Assembly: GCF_000012905.2 (NCBI RefSeq)
Contig: NC_007493.2
Span: 2,430,001 to 2,462,000, forward strand
Reading direction: 5' to 3'
DNA length: 32,000 nucleotides
Source of the DNA: Cereibacter sphaeroides 2.4.1
GTDB taxonomy: Bacteria > Pseudomonadota > Alphaproteobacteria > Rhodobacterales > Rhodobacteraceae
The position numbers and the translations under genes are program-made. Shown here in pieces: positions 1-7,862 of the stretch. Within the stretch, counting starts at the first letter, position 1. Each line of letters starts with the position of its first letter. The notes under the pieces are model-generated. The model had not been told where the DNA came from. It was given only the letters and a program-made list of their open reading frames with translations, and did not search any database.

Positions 1-564
1 GAGCGCCGCAACCTCGGCCGCTATGGATTCGGCATCAAGGGCTTCATGCTGTCGATGATCGAGACCGCCATCGAGGTGACGGAAGAACGCGTGCCCGCCG
101 GCGTCATCGGCGAGATCATCGCAGCCGGTCAGGAGATGCTCGCCCATCCGATCGAGCTTCTGGACCATGCACGCGAGGCGGTGGAGGCTCTGGCGGCCGA
201 TTACCGTGTCCTGCTGGTCACGAAAGGCGATCTTCTCGATCAGGAGCGGAAGCTCGCCCAATCGGGCCTCGGCGACATGTTCCATGCCGTCGAGATCGTC
301 TCGGACAAAAACGCCCGCGTCTACGACCGGATCTTCCGGCGCCACGGCGACGGGCCGGAACGCGCGCTGATGGTGGGCAACTCCTTGAAATCCGATGTTC
401 TTCCTCCGATCGAGGCCGGGGGATTCGGCGTGCATGTCCCGCATGGCCTCACCTGGGCGCTGGAACATGCCGATCCGCCGGACGGGCATCCGCGCTTCTT
501 CACCCTGCCCGACCTGTCCGGCCTGCCGGCGCTGGTCGAGAGGCTTAACGAGAATCTCCCATAA
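1..564 (+). CDS. HAD-superfamily hydrolase, probably 5'-truncated by the window edge
   Basis: ORF track 46..564. Frame 1 stays open back to nt 1 (ERRNLGRYGFGIKGF precedes the first ATG at 46). HAD-like C-terminal motifs are LLVTKGD and MVGNSLKSDV. A hairpin follows at 623..650. Confidence 0.75.
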   Translation, partial: ERRNLGRYGFGIKGFMLSMIETAIEVTEERVPAGVIGEIIAAGQEMLAHPIELLDHAREAVEALAADYRVLLVTKGDLLDQERKLAQSGLGDMFHAVEIVSDKNARVYDRIFRRHGDGPERALMVGNSLKSDVLPPIEAGGFGVHVPHGLTWALEHADPPDGHPRFFTLPDLSGLPALVERLNENLP

Positions 565-622
565 CTTGAGGTTCTTGCGCATCCGCGCCCCAGATCTGCC
601 ACAGTGACTGAAAAGGCCCGCG

Positions 623-650
623 AAACCCCTTGAAACTGAGGGGTTTTCCT
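623..650 (+). terminator. Candidate intrinsic terminator of the HAD gene
   Basis: 8-bp stem AAACCCCT/AGGGGTTT with an 8-nt loop (TGAAACTG) and a T-rich 3' side (GGGGTTTTCCT). It starts 59 nt after the stop codon. Confidence 0.45.
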
Positions 651-743
651 GAATCACCTCCTGTGCTAGCGTCACTTCAAATCACAAATCCCCTGGACCG
701 AACGGGAACCGGCGGGAACGAGGCAGACAGAAGGACAGGCGAC

Positions 744-2168
744 GTGACATCGCAGCTGGGGCAGTACGTCCGACAAGTGCTTTTCGTGTTCGTGGCCATG
801 GTGATGGCGGCACAGTCCGCTGTGGCCGCGCCCTACGCCGCCATCGTGATGGATGCGCGAACGGGCGAGACCCTTTACGAGACCAACTCCGAGACACGCC
901 TGCATCCGGCCTCGCTCACGAAGATGATGACGCTCTACATCACCTTCCAGGCGATCCAGCGCGGCGAGATCTCGCTCGACAGCCTCGTGACGGTGACGAA
1001 GAACGCGGCCGCCGAGCCGCCCTCCAAGCTCGGCCTCAAGTCGGGCCAGCGCATTGCGCTGCGCTACCTGATCCGCGCAGCGGCGGTGAAATCGGCCAAC
1101 GACGCCGCCACCGCGATCTGCGAGGCCGTGGGCGGCTCCGAAGCGGCCTTCGCCGAGCGGATGAACCGGACGGCCAAGGCCATCGGCATGACGAAGACCA
1201 CCTTCAAGAACTGCAACGGCCTGACCGCCGAGGGCCACCTGTCCACCGCGCACGACATGAACGTCCTGGGCCGGCGGCTGTTCTTCGATTTCCCGCAATA
1301 TTACAACATCTTCTCGCGCCGCCGCGCCGATGCCGGCGTGACCACGGTCGCCAACACCAACACCCGCTTCCTCGACGCCTACAAGGGCGCCGACGGGATC
1401 AAGACCGGCTACACCTCGCCCGCGGGCTACAACCTCACCGCCTCGGCGCAGCGCGGCAACAAGCGCATCATCGCCACCGTCTTCGGCGGCAAGAGCACCG
1501 CGCACCGTAACGCCAAGATGGCGGATCTGCTGGATCTGGGCTTTCGCGAGGCCCCGGAGAATGCAAAGGTTCGCAAGCCTGCCCCGATCGACGCCGGCGC
1601 GCTCGCCATTGCCTCGGCGCAGGCGGCCCAGCGGCAGCAGCCCGTTCCGATCGCATCCCTGACCAGCTCGCCCCGCCCGCTGGCACGGCCGGGCTCGCAG
1701 GCGGCCCTCGCCGCCGCGGCGATGGTGAACTCCATGCAGGGCGGGATCGAGAGCGCGCTGGCCCAGGCCTCGGCCGAGGATGCGGTGGCGATGCAGATCG
1801 CGCAGGCGGTGGACTACGGCGGCGAAGGCTCGGACTCGGGCGTCACGCCGCGCAGCCGGCCCGTGCTGCAGCTCGCCGCCGCCGCGCCGGTGCCTACCTC
1901 GCCCGAAGTCATCACCCGCATGTCGACCTCCGGCGGTCGGCACTGGGGCGTGAATGTGGGCCGCTTCCCCTCGCGCACCGCGGCCGAGCGCCAGCTCATG
2001 CAGATCGCCCTGGCCGAGACCGGGACGCTGGCCGAGGGTCTGCGCAAGATCATCGACCGCCCCGGCGGGTACGATGCCAACTTCATGGGGCTCACGCAGG
2101 ATCAGGCCGACCTCGCCTGCCGCCGCCTGCAGGCCCGCGCCATCCAGTGCTTCGCCATCGGGCCGTAA
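744..2168 (+). CDS. Serine-type D-Ala-D-Ala carboxypeptidase (peptidase S11, PBP5/6-like) with C-terminal SPOR domain
   Basis: Motifs SxxK (ASLTKMMT), SxN (SAND) and KTG (KTGYT). An Ala/Pro-rich linker leads to a SPOR-like tail (HWGVNVGRFPSRTAAERQL...GLTQDQADLACRRLQ). The track start at 630 is a TTG. The GTG at 744 is preceded by AAGGA (731..735) and followed by a signal-peptide-like segment (VLFVFVAMVMAAQSAVAAP), so it is preferred. The start remains uncertain. Confidence 0.85.
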   Translation: MTSQLGQYVRQVLFVFVAMVMAAQSAVAAPYAAIVMDARTGETLYETNSETRLHPASLTKMMTLYITFQAIQRGEISLDSLVTVTKNAAAEPPSKLGLKSGQRIALRYLIRAAAVKSANDAATAICEAVGGSEAAFAERMNRTAKAIGMTKTTFKNCNGLTAEGHLSTAHDMNVLGRRLFFDFPQYYNIFSRRRADAGVTTVANTNTRFLDAYKGADGIKTGYTSPAGYNLTASAQRGNKRIIATVFGGKSTAHRNAKMADLLDLGFREAPENAKVRKPAPIDAGALAIASAQAAQRQQPVPIASLTSSPRPLARPGSQAALAAAAMVNSMQGGIESALAQASAEDAVAMQIAQAVDYGGEGSDSGVTPRSRPVLQLAAAAPVPTSPEVITRMSTSGGRHWGVNVGRFPSRTAAERQLMQIALAETGTLAEGLRKIIDRPGGYDANFMGLTQDQADLACRRLQARAIQCFAIGP

Positions 2169-2191
2169 GATCCGGCCCGAGCCAAAGGACG

Positions 2192-2226
2192 AAGGCCCGC
2201 GGAGAGATCCGCGGGCCTTTTCGTTT
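2192..2226. terminator. Strong hairpin between the convergent DD-carboxypeptidase and ccoS genes (T-tract on + strand)
   Basis: 11-bp perfect stem AAGGCCCGCGG / CCGCGGGCCTT (2192..2202 and 2209..2219) with loop AGAGAT, followed by TTCGTTTGG. It sits 24 nt after the + strand stop and 56 nt beyond the ccoS stop. Confidence 0.7.
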
Positions 2227-2274
2227 GGGGTCAGTCTGCCGCCGGACCTGTATCCCGGCGCCGCAAAGCGCGTG

Positions 2275-2433
2275 CTACTGGCGCGGATGCTCGTCGTAGT
2301 CGGTCTTGAGGATCCGGTTCGCATCCCCCTCCGGGTCATCGTACTGGCGCGACCTGAGCGACCAGAAGAAGGCGGCAAGCCCCAGCCCCCCGAGGAAGAG
2401 CGAGATCGGGATGAGATAGGCGAGGATGTCCAT
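2275..2433 (-). CDS. ccoS: cbb3 oxidase maturation protein CcoS (RdxS/FixS), 52 aa
   Basis: C-terminal part of track ORF 2275..3474, sequence MDILAYLIPISLFLGGLGLAAFFWSLRSRQYDDPEGDANRILKTDYDEHPRQ. It has one TM segment and typical CcoS size and sequence. Its ATG (2431..2433) overlaps the ccoI stop by 1 nt (TGATG). Confidence 0.9.
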   Translation of the reverse strand: MDILAYLIPISLFLGGLGLAAFFWSLRSRQYDDPEGDANRILKTDYDEHPRQ

Positions 2434-4646
2434 CACTTCACCCGCAGCGCGTTGAGCGAGACGCTGATCGAGGACAGCGACATGGCGAGCGCCGCCGCCA
2501 GCGGGGTCGCAAGGCCCACCAGCGCGAGAGGCACCGCCACCACGTTGTAGGCGGCCGAAATGGCAAAGTTCTCGCGGATGCGCTTGGTGGCCTTCACCGA
2601 GATGCGCGCGGCATCGGCGATGGGCGCCATGTCCTTGCCCAGAAGCACGATGTCGGACGCCACCCGCGCCGCATCGAGCGCGGAAGCAGGCGAGATCGAC
2701 ACATGGGCCGCGGCCAGCGCCGCAGTGTCGTTCAGCCCATCGCCCACCATCAGCACGCGCCGCCCCTCGGCAGTGAGGTCGGCCACCCGCTGCGCCTTCT
2801 CGGCCGGAAGCTGGCCCGAGCGCCACTCGCCGATGCCGAGCCGCCCTGCGAGCTCGGCCACGGCGCCTTCGGTATCGCCCGAAAGGAGGAGGATCCGCTT
2901 GCCCTGCCCCGCCAGCGCCCGCACGGCCTCTTCCGCGCCGGGACGCAGCCGGTCGGAGAAGGTGATGGCGCGCGTGGCCGCTCCGGTCGAGAGGTAGGTC
3001 GCGGTCACGGGCTCGGGCGCAGCACCCACCCATTCGGCGCGGCCGAGCCGGACGGTGCGGCCCTCGAGCCGGCCCTCGATGCCGAAGCCCGGCACTTCGC
3101 GCAGGTCGGTGACGGCCGCGGGCTGCACCCCCTGCCCCCTTGCGGCGAGCGCGAGCGCCATGGCCAGAGGATGCGCCGAGGACGCGGCCAGCGCCGCCGC
3201 CAGCGTCAGATCCGCCGGGGGAAGCGTCGCGAGATTGGTGGGCTCGGGCGTGCCCAGCGTCAGCGTGCCGGTCTTGTCGAAGACGACCGTATCCACCTCG
3301 GCGAGACGTTCCAGCGCGGTGCCGTCCTTGATGAGCAGCCCCTTGCGGAAGAGCCGCCCGCTCGCCGCCGTCACCACGGCGGGCACGGCGAGCCCCAGGG
3401 CGCAGGGGCAGGTGATGATGAGCACGGCGGCCGAGATGTTGATCGAGGTGCGCACGTCGCCCTTCGTGATCCACATCCAGACCCCGAAGGCGGTGAAGGA
3501 GAGGATATGGACCAGCGGCGAGTAGAGCCGCGAGGCGCGTTCCGCGAGGGACGTGTAGCGGGTCTTGGCGCTTTCGGCGACCGCCACGAGATCGGCCATC
3601 CGATGCAGCGAGCTGTCGCGCCCGGCCGCCGTCACCCGCACCGTGAGCGGGCCGGTGAGGTTCACCTCACCCGCCGAGACCACGGTTTCGGGGCCGGCCG
3701 GCACCGGCAGGCTCTCGCCGGTGAGGAGCGAGCGGTCGAGCTCGGAGAAGCCTTCGGCCACCACACCGTCGACCGGCATCCGCCCTCCAGGCCGCACGCG
3801 CACCAGATCGCCCGCGGCAAGCTCGGCAATCGGCACCGTCACTTCCTCGCCATCGCGCAGGAGCATGGCGCGCGGCACTTCCAGCGCCGCCAGTTCCTCG
3901 GCTGCCGAACGGGCGACGGCGCGGGTGCGGTGGTCGAGATAGCGGCCCGCGAGCAGGAAGAAGGTCAGCATCACCGCCGCGTCGAAATAGGCGTGGTGGC
4001 CGGAATGGAAGGTCTCGAAGAGCGAGATCGACGAGGCGAGGATGATGGCGAGCGAGATCGGCACATCCATCCCGAGCCGCCCGGCGCGGAGCGCCGTCCA
4101 GGCGTTGCGGAAGAAGGGCTGGCCCGCGAAGACCACGGTCGGCAGGGCGATGGCGGCCGAGATCCAGTGAAAGAGATCGCGCGTCGCGGCCTCGGCGCCC
4201 GACCAGACGGCCACCGACAGCAGCATCACGTTCATCATCGAGAAGCCGGCCACGCCGAGGCGCATCAGGAGGTCGCGCCCCTGCCGGTCGGTCTCGGTGG
4301 CCGACAGCATCCCGGCATCGAGCTCGTGGGCCTCGTAGCCCAGCCGCGACAGCGCCTCGACCAGCTGGGCCGCCGTCACCTCGGGCTCGGCATCGACCGA
4401 GACCCGGCGCAGCGTGAGGTTCACCCGCGCCGAGCGCACGCCCGCGAGCTTCTCGAGACCGCCCTCGACGGTGGTCATGCAGGCGGCGCAATGGGCGGTA
4501 GGCAGCGACAGGACGAGCCGCCCGCCGGCGGGCCCGGCCATGGCGGCCAGCCGTTCGGCGGAAGGTGCGGCAAGGCAGGCGGGACAGGCCGAGGCACCGC
4601 CGGGCGCCTCGGAGGACGGCAGGTCGATGCGCTCGGCCAGCGACAT
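2433..4646 (-). CDS. ccoI: Cu-translocating P1B-type ATPase CcoI (RdxI/FixI)
   Basis: 737 aa. N-terminal HMA-like domain with CAAC plus an extra CPAC. Also TGES, the CPC transmembrane motif (ITCPCALGL), DKTGTLT and GDGLNDTAAL. Located between ccoH and ccoS. Confidence 0.95.
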   Translation of the reverse strand: MSLAERIDLPSSEAPGGASACPACLAAPSAERLAAMAGPAGGRLVLSLPTAHCAACMTTVEGGLEKLAGVRSARVNLTLRRVSVDAEPEVTAAQLVEALSRLGYEAHELDAGMLSATETDRQGRDLLMRLGVAGFSMMNVMLLSVAVWSGAEAATRDLFHWISAAIALPTVVFAGQPFFRNAWTALRAGRLGMDVPISLAIILASSISLFETFHSGHHAYFDAAVMLTFFLLAGRYLDHRTRAVARSAAEELAALEVPRAMLLRDGEEVTVPIAELAAGDLVRVRPGGRMPVDGVVAEGFSELDRSLLTGESLPVPAGPETVVSAGEVNLTGPLTVRVTAAGRDSSLHRMADLVAVAESAKTRYTSLAERASRLYSPLVHILSFTAFGVWMWITKGDVRTSINISAAVLIITCPCALGLAVPAVVTAASGRLFRKGLLIKDGTALERLAEVDTVVFDKTGTLTLGTPEPTNLATLPPADLTLAAALAASSAHPLAMALALAARGQGVQPAAVTDLREVPGFGIEGRLEGRTVRLGRAEWVGAAPEPVTATYLSTGAATRAITFSDRLRPGAEEAVRALAGQGKRILLLSGDTEGAVAELAGRLGIGEWRSGQLPAEKAQRVADLTAEGRRVLMVGDGLNDTAALAAAHVSISPASALDAARVASDIVLLGKDMAPIADAARISVKATKRIRENFAISAAYNVVAVPLALVGLATPLAAALAMSLSSISVSLNALRVK

Positions 4647-4649
4647 GGC

Positions 4650-5108
4650 TCAGTCCTCGACGAAGAGATCGAGGCGTTGGCGGAAGGCGGTGCCGCTCGG
4701 CGACGTGGCCTCCACCCTCAGCATCCACTTGCCGCGCGCGAGATCCTGCGGCGCGCGGAAGGCGCCGTCGCGCAGCACGAACTCAGGCTGGCGGTCGTCG
4801 CTCGCTTCTGTCGTGCGGCCCACCAGCACATCGAGCGCGCTGACCGCCGCGGGGCGGCCATCGGCGCCGGTGAAGCGCAGGCTGATTTCCCGCGCCGCTT
4901 CGTCGTAGTCGGCCACCAGCGTCCAGCCGAGCGCCTGCTGCGACGCCCGTTCGACATCGAAGGTCTGGCTGGCGACATAGGGGTTATCGACCTCGAGGCC
5001 GGGGAAGGTCGAGATCGCCTTGAAGGCCATCAGCAGGTTCACCGCGATGATGACCCCGAAGGCCCCCACGGTGATCGCCAGAACCTTGCGCCCGGTCATC
5101 TCGGCCAT
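4650..5108 (-). CDS. ccoH: CcoH/FixH (RdxH) cbb3 oxidase assembly protein
   Basis: 152 aa with an N-terminal TM anchor (VLAITVGAFGVIIAVNLLMAF) and a FixH-like periplasmic domain. 3 nt separate its stop from the ccoI ATG, and 1 nt separates its ATG from the ccoG stop. Confidence 0.9.
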   Translation of the reverse strand: MAEMTGRKVLAITVGAFGVIIAVNLLMAFKAISTFPGLEVDNPYVASQTFDVERASQQALGWTLVADYDEAAREISLRFTGADGRPAAVSALDVLVGRTTEASDDRQPEFVLRDGAFRAPQDLARGKWMLRVEATSPSGTAFRQRLDLFVED

Positions 5109-5109
5109 G

Positions 5110-6543
5110 TCAGTTGCCCCTTCCGTTGAAGATCGTGTCGTGATGCACCCGCTGCCCGGCGGCGAGATCCTCGACCCAGAGGCGCAGGTCCGTCCGCTCG
5201 GCCTCGGCGGCGGGCGTGCCCTTGCCCGCGATGATGTAGACCCGCTGGGTCATGGTCTCGTTCGCGGGCACCGTTACCACGGTCGCCGGGTGCCCCTCCA
5301 GCGAAAGCGCCAGATCCGCCTCGCTCGTCACCGAGATCTGATAGTCGCGCGCCTCGCCCTGCTTGTTGCGCAGCCGGACGTCGTAGGTGTTGCGGATCGA
5401 GCCGTCCGAGAGCGTGACATAGAGCGGATTGCGCAGCGGGGTGACGTTGATGTCGATGGGCGAGCGCAGGAAGAGCGCCACGATCAGCGCGAGCCCCACC
5501 CCGGACCAGAGCGCGGTATAGATGAGGGTGCGGAGCCGGAAGACATGCCGCCAGGCAGAGCGCGGGGACCTGCCCTCGCGCTCCGCGCGCTCGTCGGTCA
5601 GGGCGAGATAGCCGATCAGGCCGCGCGGCTTGCCGATCTTGTCCATGACCTCGTCGCAGGCGTCGATGCAGAGCGCGCAGGTGATGCAGGCGAGCTGCTG
5701 TCCGTCGCGGATGTCGATGCCCATGGGGCAGACGTTCACGCAGGCCATGCAGTCGATGCAGTCGCCCTGATCGGGGCTGAGCGGCTCGCCCTTCTTCAGC
5801 TTGCCGCGCGGCTCGCCCCGCCATTCGCGGTAGGCGACGGTGATCGTCTCCTCGTCCATCATCGCGGCCTGGATGCGTGGCCAGGGGCAGGCATAGATGC
5901 AGATCTGCTCGCGCGCGAAGCCGCCGAAGGCGAAGGTGGTGGCAGTCAGCGTGGCCATGGTGATGTAGGCCACCGGATGGGCGTTCCCCGTCAGGAGATC
6001 GACGAGAAGCGTCGGCGCATCGGTGAAATAGAACACCCAGGCGCCGCCGGTGGCCAGACCGATCAAGAGCCAGAGCGTCCATTTCGTGAGGTATTTCCGC
6101 GTCTTCTCGAGATCCCACCGCTGGCGCAGCAGGCGGATGCGCGCGTTGCGGTCGCCCTCGACCCAGCGCTCGACGAGGATGAAGAGATCGGTCCAGACCG
6201 TCTGGGGGCAGGCATAGCCGCACCACACCCGGCCCGCCGCCGAGGTGAAGAGGAAGAGCCCGAGCCCCGCCATGATGAGGAGGCCCGCGACGAAGTAGAA
6301 TTCGTGCGGCCAGATCTCGATCATGAAGAAGAAGAAGCGCCGGTTGGCCAGATCGACGAGGATCGCCTGATCGGGCAGGTTCGGCCCGCGGTCCCAGCGC
6401 AGCCAGGGCGCGATGTAGTAGATCCCCAGCGTCACGCCCATGATCCACCACTTCAGGCTGCGGAACTTGCCGCTCACCCGCTTGGGAAAGACGGGCTCGC
6501 GCTTGGCGTAGAGGCTGCTGGTTTGGGTATCGGGGCTGGTCAC
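5110..6543 (-). CDS. ccoG: CcoG/FixG (RdxB) polyferredoxin-like membrane protein
   Basis: 477 aa with two 4Fe-4S ferredoxin motifs (CIDCMACVNVCP, CITCALCIDAC) plus the conserved CPQTVWTDLF and CIYACPWPRIQ. GTG start (cac at 6541..6543) with GGAG about 8 nt upstream. Confidence 0.93.
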   Translation of the reverse strand: MTSPDTQTSSLYAKREPVFPKRVSGKFRSLKWWIMGVTLGIYYIAPWLRWDRGPNLPDQAILVDLANRRFFFFMIEIWPHEFYFVAGLLIMAGLGLFLFTSAAGRVWCGYACPQTVWTDLFILVERWVEGDRNARIRLLRQRWDLEKTRKYLTKWTLWLLIGLATGGAWVFYFTDAPTLLVDLLTGNAHPVAYITMATLTATTFAFGGFAREQICIYACPWPRIQAAMMDEETITVAYREWRGEPRGKLKKGEPLSPDQGDCIDCMACVNVCPMGIDIRDGQQLACITCALCIDACDEVMDKIGKPRGLIGYLALTDERAEREGRSPRSAWRHVFRLRTLIYTALWSGVGLALIVALFLRSPIDINVTPLRNPLYVTLSDGSIRNTYDVRLRNKQGEARDYQISVTSEADLALSLEGHPATVVTVPANETMTQRVYIIAGKGTPAAEAERTDLRLWVEDLAAGQRVHHDTIFNGRGN

Positions 6544-6601
6544 GACGGACTCCGGCTACAAGGATGTTCCGGGTGCTATCAGACGAAACCGCCCGCGCAA
6601 C

Positions 6602-6615
6602 TTGACTTCGGTCAA
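6602..6615. promoter_or_regulatory. FNR/FixK-type box upstream of ccoG (TTGAC-TTCG-GTCAA)
   Basis: Perfect 14-bp palindrome that keeps the TTGA/TCAA core of TTGAT-N4-ATCAA. Its centre is 65.5 nt upstream of the ccoG GTG, which fits a class II (-41.5) promoter with a roughly 24-nt leader. Confidence 0.7.
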
Positions 6616-6736
6616 TATTACGCATCCGTGATACATCATTCACGGCGCGGATCGGCTGTCCGCCTCCCGCCCCTCGGGGCGTGGAGGCACCGACCCTCCG
6701 CACTCGGAACGCGCGAACTGGAACGAGGGCCGGCGT

Positions 6737-6762
6737 CGGCCCGGGAGAGATCCCCCGGGCCG
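6737..6762 (-). terminator. Hairpin 16 nt after the ccoP stop (no U-tract): terminator, attenuator or RNA-stability element
   Basis: 9-bp stem CGGCCCGGG / CCCGGGCCG with loop AGAGATCC. The minus-strand 3' flank is GC-rich, so it is not a canonical intrinsic terminator. Confidence 0.4.
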
Positions 6763-6777
6763 CTTCAGCTCCTTGGA

Positions 6778-7650
6778 TTACTCGCCACCGCCGAGGCCGT
6801 GGACATAGACGGCGACCGACCGGATGTCCGCCTCGGTGAGGCGGGCGTTCCAGTTCGGCATCACGCCGAAGCGGGCATAGGTCACCGTTTCGGTCACGGT
6901 GGCGCGATCTCCGCCATAAAGCCAGATCGCGTCGGTCAGGTTCGGCGCACCCACATCGCGGCTTCCGGTGCCGTCCTCGCCGTGGCAGGCGGCGCAGTTG
7001 TCGGCGAAGATGGTGGCGCCTTCCGCGGACAGGGCCGCATCGTGGTCCTGACCCGAGATCTGCAGCACATATTCCACGACCTGCGAGATCTGGGTGCTGT
7101 CGAGCAGACCATCGGCCCCGAAACGCGGCATCTCGGAATAGCGCGCCTCGTCGTCGGTGGTGTTGCGGATGCCGTGGGTGACGGTGGTGTGGATCGACTC
7201 GATGTCGCCGCCCCAGAGCCAGTCGTCATCCAGCAGGTTCGGATAGCCCACGTTGCCCGCCGCGCCCGAGCCGTGGCACTGCACGCAGTTGGTGCGGAAC
7301 ACGGCCGCACCGGCGTTGGTCGCATATTGCAAGAGGTTCGGATCGGCAGCGATGGCCGTCAGGTCCGTGTTGACCAGTTGCTGCCGGATGGTGGCATTGG
7401 CCTCGGCAAAGGCCTCGATGTCACGCTGCACGTCCGCCCGGGTCGAATGGCCGATCAGCCCGTTCGTCGCCCCGTTGATCAGCGGCCAGGCCGGGTAGAG
7501 GATCGAATAGCCGATGGCCCAGACGATGGTGACGTAAAAGGTCCAGAGCCACCAGCGCGGCATCGGGTTGTCGAACTCTTCAATGCCATCCCAGGAATGG
7601 CCCGTGGTCGGCGGCTCGCCGGGCTTCTGTTTCGTCGGTTTCACACTCAT
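6778..7650 (-). CDS. ccoP: cbb3-type cytochrome c oxidase subunit III (dihaem cytochrome c)
   Basis: 290 aa with an N-terminal TM segment and two CxxCH motifs (CVQCHG, CAACHG). Its ATG overlaps the ccoQ stop (ATGA). Confidence 0.96.
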   Translation of the reverse strand: MSVKPTKQKPGEPPTTGHSWDGIEEFDNPMPRWWLWTFYVTIVWAIGYSILYPAWPLINGATNGLIGHSTRADVQRDIEAFAEANATIRQQLVNTDLTAIAADPNLLQYATNAGAAVFRTNCVQCHGSGAAGNVGYPNLLDDDWLWGGDIESIHTTVTHGIRNTTDDEARYSEMPRFGADGLLDSTQISQVVEYVLQISGQDHDAALSAEGATIFADNCAACHGEDGTGSRDVGAPNLTDAIWLYGGDRATVTETVTYARFGVMPNWNARLTEADIRSVAVYVHGLGGGE

Positions 7651-7850
7651 TTCCTCGCCTCCTCGGACGACGACACCGGGTCGTCGTCGGCGGGTTTCGT
7701 CTCGTGGCGGAAGATCGCGCTGGCAGCCTCGTCATGATCCTTCCGGCTGCGCGGACGCCAGGCCCAGAACACCACGCCCACGAAGAAGAGCGTCATCACG
7801 ATCAGCATCCAGCTGTCCGCGAAGCCACGCAGCAGGCTGTAGGTATCCAT
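7647..7850 (-). CDS. ccoQ: cbb3-type cytochrome c oxidase subunit IV CcoQ
   Basis: 67 aa with a single TM segment ([18 protein letters not shown]). Its position between ccoO and ccoP is diagnostic. Confidence 0.9.
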   Translation of the reverse strand: MDTYSLLRGFADSWMLIVMTLFFVGVVFWAWRPRSRKDHDEAASAIFRHETKPADDDPVSSSEEARK

Positions 7851-7862
7851 GCCTGCGCTCCC

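Noticed and set aside
2703-5129. Very long ORFs on the strand opposite recognised genes, including 2703..5129 (+), 672..2378 (-), 5020..7737 (+), 8509..10236 (+), 17428..20448 (+), 25914..27884 (-) and 12301..13605 (-).
   Set aside because: Their translations are Arg/Gly/Pro/His/Ala-rich low-complexity strings with no motifs. The opposite strand encodes complete, motif-rich proteins such as CcoI, CcoN, YejA and DnaX. Stop-codon-poor antisense frames are expected in GC-rich DNA.
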